Source of the DNA: a virus
IMG/VR virus record: IMGVR_UViG_3300043449_000492
Span: 32,001 to 96,000 of that record
DNA: 64,000 bases
Strand: one strand, 5' to 3'
Below are positions 60,905 through 64,000 of this stretch, in pieces. Positions within the stretch are counted from its first letter, which is position 1; every line of letters starts with the position of its first letter. The notes beneath the pieces were generated by a model, which made no database searches, was not told the origin of the DNA, and saw only the letters and a program-made list of their open reading frames with translations. A program made the translations under genes and the position numbers.

Positions 60905-62622
60905 TAACTTTTAATGCGATTAGATGGAAGAACTTTCTATCTTCTGGTAATGTGTTTACTGAAATTAGTTTAGATTCAGCTAAGAATACTCTTATTATAG
61001 GTCACAACGGTGCGGGCAAATCTACCTTTCTAGACGCCCTCACCTTCTCTCTCTTTGGTAAACCTTTTCGTAAGGTGAACAAAGGTAATGTGGTCAACTC
61101 TATCAATAATAAGAACTGTGTGGTCGAGATTGAGTTTACTATCAATACACACAAGTATAAGGTCATCAGAGGTGTTAAGCCAAACATCTTTGAGATTTAC
61201 TGTGATGATATCAAAATCAATCAAGACGCAGCAACTAAGGACTATCAAGAGCATCTGGAGAAGATCATTCTCCGTATGAACTATAAGTCCTTTACACAGG
61301 TTGTCATTCTAGGTTCTGCATCGTTCGTTCCGTTCATGCAGCTATCTGCAAATGATCGACGTTCTGTGATCGAAGACTTGTTGGACATTCAAATCTTTAC
61401 AGCTATGTCAACTGTGGTAAAGAACAAGCTACAGTTGAATCGTGAAACGATTGATAAGAACAAGGTGCTTCTATCTAGCAAAGAAGATAACAAGTCTTAC
61501 ATTGAACGAACACTAGCCTCACTTAAGATTAACAACGAAGAAAAACTAAAAGAGCTAGATGCTAAAAGGCATGAAATAGCAGCTAAACTTCAATTCGAAA
61601 AGATTGATGTTGCTAATCGTCAGGCTGCATTAGATAAAGCCTTAGAGAATGACCTTGATCTATCTCCATTCAAGTCCAAGCATTCTAAGCTTGTTAGCTT
61701 TAGAGCTAAGATGGAAGCAAATCGTGATAAGTATATCAAAGATACTGACTTCTTTGCTGAATCAGGCACATGCCCAACTTGTCGTCAAGACATTGCGCCT
61801 GAGTTTTCTAAGAAAATGATTGATGATAACGAGAAGAAGGTTCATGAACTTTCAGATGGACTAAATAAGGTTGAGCAGCAAATCGACTCTGTTCTAGTAG
61901 AGATAGACGAGATTGAAAAGATACTCACAAATATTAACAACCTTAAGTTGGAACTTTCATCTGCTAAGGCTTCCTATAACAATCTTGTTGATAGGCTTAA
62001 TCAAATTGTGGCTCAGATTGACAGCTTTGCTAAGGCTGACAAAACAACCCAAGATAGCGAACGACAACTCACCGAAGTCGAACATGATATTTCCACCCTC
62101 GAAAAAGAGAAGAAGACCCTTCTAGATGAAAGACAATACATCGACATGGCAACTACCCTTCTCAAAGACGGTGGTATCAAGACACGGATCATCAAGCAGT
62201 ATCTACCTATCATCAACAAGCACATTAACAAGTATCTGGCAAAACTTGGTTTCTTCGTCAATTTCAATATCAACGAATCATTCGAGGAGACCATCAAGTC
62301 TCGTTATAGAGACGAGTTCAGCTATCACAATTTCAGTGAAGGCGAGAAACTACGAATCGATCTTGCTATCCTTCTGACATGGCGCCAAATTGCCAAGATG
62401 AAAAATTCGGTCAACGTCAACATTCTTGTGTTTGACGAAATCCTTGATCGAGCAATGGACACTACAGGAATCGATGAGTTTATTAGGATCATGTGGGATA
62501 TGGGAAATGAAGGGGCCAATATCTTCGTCATTTCCCACAAAGACATTATGGTCGATCGATTCCAGAGAACATTACGATTTGAGAAGATAAAGAACTTTTC
62601 TGTATTGACAAGTGACGGATGA
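60901..62622 (+). CDS. gp46: Recombination ATPase subunit (Rad50/SbcC-like)
   Basis: 'WKNFLSSGN', Walker A 'GHNGAGKS', zinc hook 'CPTC', signature 'FSEGE' and 'FDEILD'. Confidence 0.96.
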   Translation: MITFNAIRWKNFLSSGNVFTEISLDSAKNTLIIGHNGAGKSTFLDALTFSLFGKPFRKVNKGNVVNSINNKNCVVEIEFTINTHKYKVIRGVKPNIFEIYCDDIKINQDAATKDYQEHLEKIILRMNYKSFTQVVILGSASFVPFMQLSANDRRSVIEDLLDIQIFTAMSTVVKNKLQLNRETIDKNKVLLSSKEDNKSYIERTLASLKINNEEKLKELDAKRHEIAAKLQFEKIDVANRQAALDKALENDLDLSPFKSKHSKLVSFRAKMEANRDKYIKDTDFFAESGTCPTCRQDIAPEFSKKMIDDNEKKVHELSDGLNKVEQQIDSVLVEIDEIEKILTNINNLKLELSSAKASYNNLVDRLNQIVAQIDSFAKADKTTQDSERQLTEVEHDISTLEKEKKTLLDERQYIDMATTLLKDGGIKTRIIKQYLPIINKHINKYLAKLGFFVNFNINESFEETIKSRYRDEFSYHNFSEGEKLRIDLAILLTWRQIAKMKNSVNVNILVFDEILDRAMDTTGIDEFIRIMWDMGNEGANIFVISHKDIMVDRFQRTLRFEKIKNFSVLTSDG

Positions 62623-62633
62623 TAGTCTATAAT
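62605..62633 (+). promoter_or_regulatory. Perfect-consensus sigma70 early promoter
   Basis: TTGACA-17 bp-TATAAT overlapping the gp46 3' end; AGGAG RBS downstream. Confidence 0.88.
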
Positions 62634-62658
62634 AGTCGTTTGATCAGGAGTATAAGAA

Positions 62659-62967
62659 ATGGATAAGGATCTCATCCGAGCTATGGCCAAGGCGGAAAGA
62701 ATGATGGACAAAGGAGAGATTCCTTTTGTCTGGGCTCCAAGTGCTAGAGGTATTATGGAGAGACTTGCTTGCACAAATGCTATTATGGAAGAGTTTGGTC
62801 TAGAGAACGCACAGACTGTCAATTCCATGATTCGTGAAGCAATCTTAAATTATAATCTAGAACAGCTTAGACAACGCATCGAAGAAATCACTGACAACCT
62901 TGGACTCGATTCTGAGTTTGACTTTCGCAAACAACTAGATGAGGACGAAGATGATAACAGTAATTAA
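62659..62967 (+). CDS. Acidic hypothetical early protein
   Basis: Strong promoter and AGGAG RBS. Confidence 0.7.
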   Translation: MDKDLIRAMAKAERMMDKGEIPFVWAPSARGIMERLACTNAIMEEFGLENAQTVNSMIREAILNYNLEQLRQRIEEITDNLGLDSEFDFRKQLDEDEDDNSN

Positions 62968-63038
62968 TACGCCGTTTGGTTACTTCGTCTATAACATAGA
63001 CAATCTTTGGAATGGTCTTAGTCAAATGGGTTGGATGA

Positions 63039-63278
63039 ATGTCGATGAAATGGAATCTTGAATTTATTATTGAATGGGTTTCTACCATTCTTGTCATTGT
63101 AGGAGCGATGCTTACCGCTTGGAACATCTATCCTATGAATCTGGCATTTCAGTTTGTTGGAAATGTTGGCTGGTTTGCTGTTGGATATATGTGGAAGAAA
63201 TGGTCACTCATGACCATTCAAGCAGTCATTAGTGTAATCTATATCGCAGGACTTATCTCGAAAGGATATCTTATATGA
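63039..63278 (+). CDS. Small membrane protein (three predicted TM helices)
   Basis: Hydrophobic segments; 'EW.ST...GA.L...NIYP.N...GN..W...W' pattern. Confidence 0.65.
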   Translation: MSMKWNLEFIIEWVSTILVIVGAMLTAWNIYPMNLAFQFVGNVGWFAVGYMWKKWSLMTIQAVISVIYIAGLISKGYLI

Positions 63279-63382
63279 GATATAATCATTGGTTTTGGAA
63301 TAGTAGATTCATGAATCGTGTGGCTGGTTTTCTCGTCTTCCTAAATAGCTATATCTGGAGCAAGCAGTATGGAAAAAACTGA
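63275..63382 (+). CDS. 35-aa hypothetical protein (not in ORF track)
   Basis: MRYNHWFWNSRFMNRVAGFLVFLNSYIWSKQYGKN; ATGA overlap and AAGGA RBS. Confidence 0.5.
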   Translation: MRYNHWFWNSRFMNRVAGFLVFLNSYIWSKQYGKN

Positions 63383-63548
63383 TTCTACTAAATCTCACTC
63401 ATACTCTCACGATCAGCTACTCATATCTGCTTTTGGACATGAGATTAGAAACACTATTCGTTTAGTAGAAGATACCACTAACGAACTAGCAGTTGTTGAA
63501 GCCTACTTGCAAAAGAGAATTGATGAGATTAAAGAACGCTGGAAGTAA
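63369..63548 (+). CDS. 59-aa hypothetical protein (not in ORF track)
   Basis: MEKTDSTKSHSYSHDQLLISAFGHEIRNTIR...IKERWK; GGAG upstream; fills the gap between neighbours. Confidence 0.55.
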   Translation: MEKTDSTKSHSYSHDQLLISAFGHEIRNTIRLVEDTTNELAVVEAYLQKRIDEIKERWK

Positions 63549-63561
63549 CATATGGTGAGCT

Positions 63562-64000
63562 ATGACCTTTGACAAAATTTTAGAAAATGTTTTAGAAGAT
63601 AACTTAAGAGAACAAGATGTAGCTATATTATTCTCAGGTGGTATTGATTCAATATCTTTAGCTTTCGCAGCACATCGATTAGGCAAGAAACTACACTGTT
63701 ACACAATGTATGTGAATGGTGTAGTTTCTAAAGACGCACAGAACGCTATAGATGTTGCAGACAAGTTCGGTTGGGAAATGACTCTCATTGATGTTCCAAT
63801 CGACAATCTAGTAAATGACTTCAAGCATCTAATCAATCATTACGGTTGTAAGAAGAAGACCCAGGTCGAATGTGCCTGGCCTTTTCTGTATGTATATCCT
63901 CATATCAAAGAGAGAGAAATTATCTCTGGTCTAGGAGCAGACGGCTTGCAAGGCTCATCTAAGAAAGTCTGTCTGCATTTTAAAGAACCTAAAGAGTTAT
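63562..64000 (+). CDS. Asparagine-synthase-like N-type ATP pyrophosphatase (3' truncated)
   Basis: My translation: MTFDKILENVLEDNLREQDVAILFSGGIDS...ISGLGADGL; PP-loop SGGxDS and SGxGAD motifs. Confidence 0.75.
   Translation, partial: MTFDKILENVLEDNLREQDVAILFSGGIDSISLAFAAHRLGKKLHCYTMYVNGVVSKDAQNAIDVADKFGWEMTLIDVPIDNLVNDFKHLINHYGCKKKTQVECAWPFLYVYPHIKEREIISGLGADGLQGSSKKVCLHFKEPKEL

Overview
A 64 kb segment of a large T4-like myovirus genome with far-T4/cyanophage-like gene order. All credible genes are on the + strand. In order: baseplate wedge gp6 (partial)-gp7-gp8, a 2105-aa VrlC-like virion protein, a ~17 kb cluster of modular tail fibres and adhesins with a 2OG-Fe(II) oxygenase, neck gp13-(homing endonuclease)-gp14-gp15, a second fibre/lectin cassette, terminase gp16-gp17, sheath gp18, tube gp19, portal gp20, expanded prohead core/internal proteins, gp21-gp22-gp23, gp3, uvsY-uvsW, late sigma gp55, gp47, a full-length FtsH protease, gp46 and small early ORFs. 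The FtsH sequence suggests an alphaproteobacterial host (inference). Most notable: (1) a gp38-type adhesin whose four connecting polyglycine-II strands are each extended to a matched 167-169 aa, next to a prolyl-hydroxylase-like gene; (2) three lectin-like paralogues that seem to lack their last beta-strand, plus two small proteins made of tandem candidate donor strands, suggesting a scaffold-based multivalent receptor-binding system; (3) an intact FtsH splitting gp47/gp46; (4) a perfect antisense sigma70 promoter reading into GCGAAGC mini-hairpins (candidate R-loop origin or sRNA); (5) capsid-targeted polyproteins punctuated by gp21-type cleavage sites. All family calls come from motif recognition and synteny; no searches were run.
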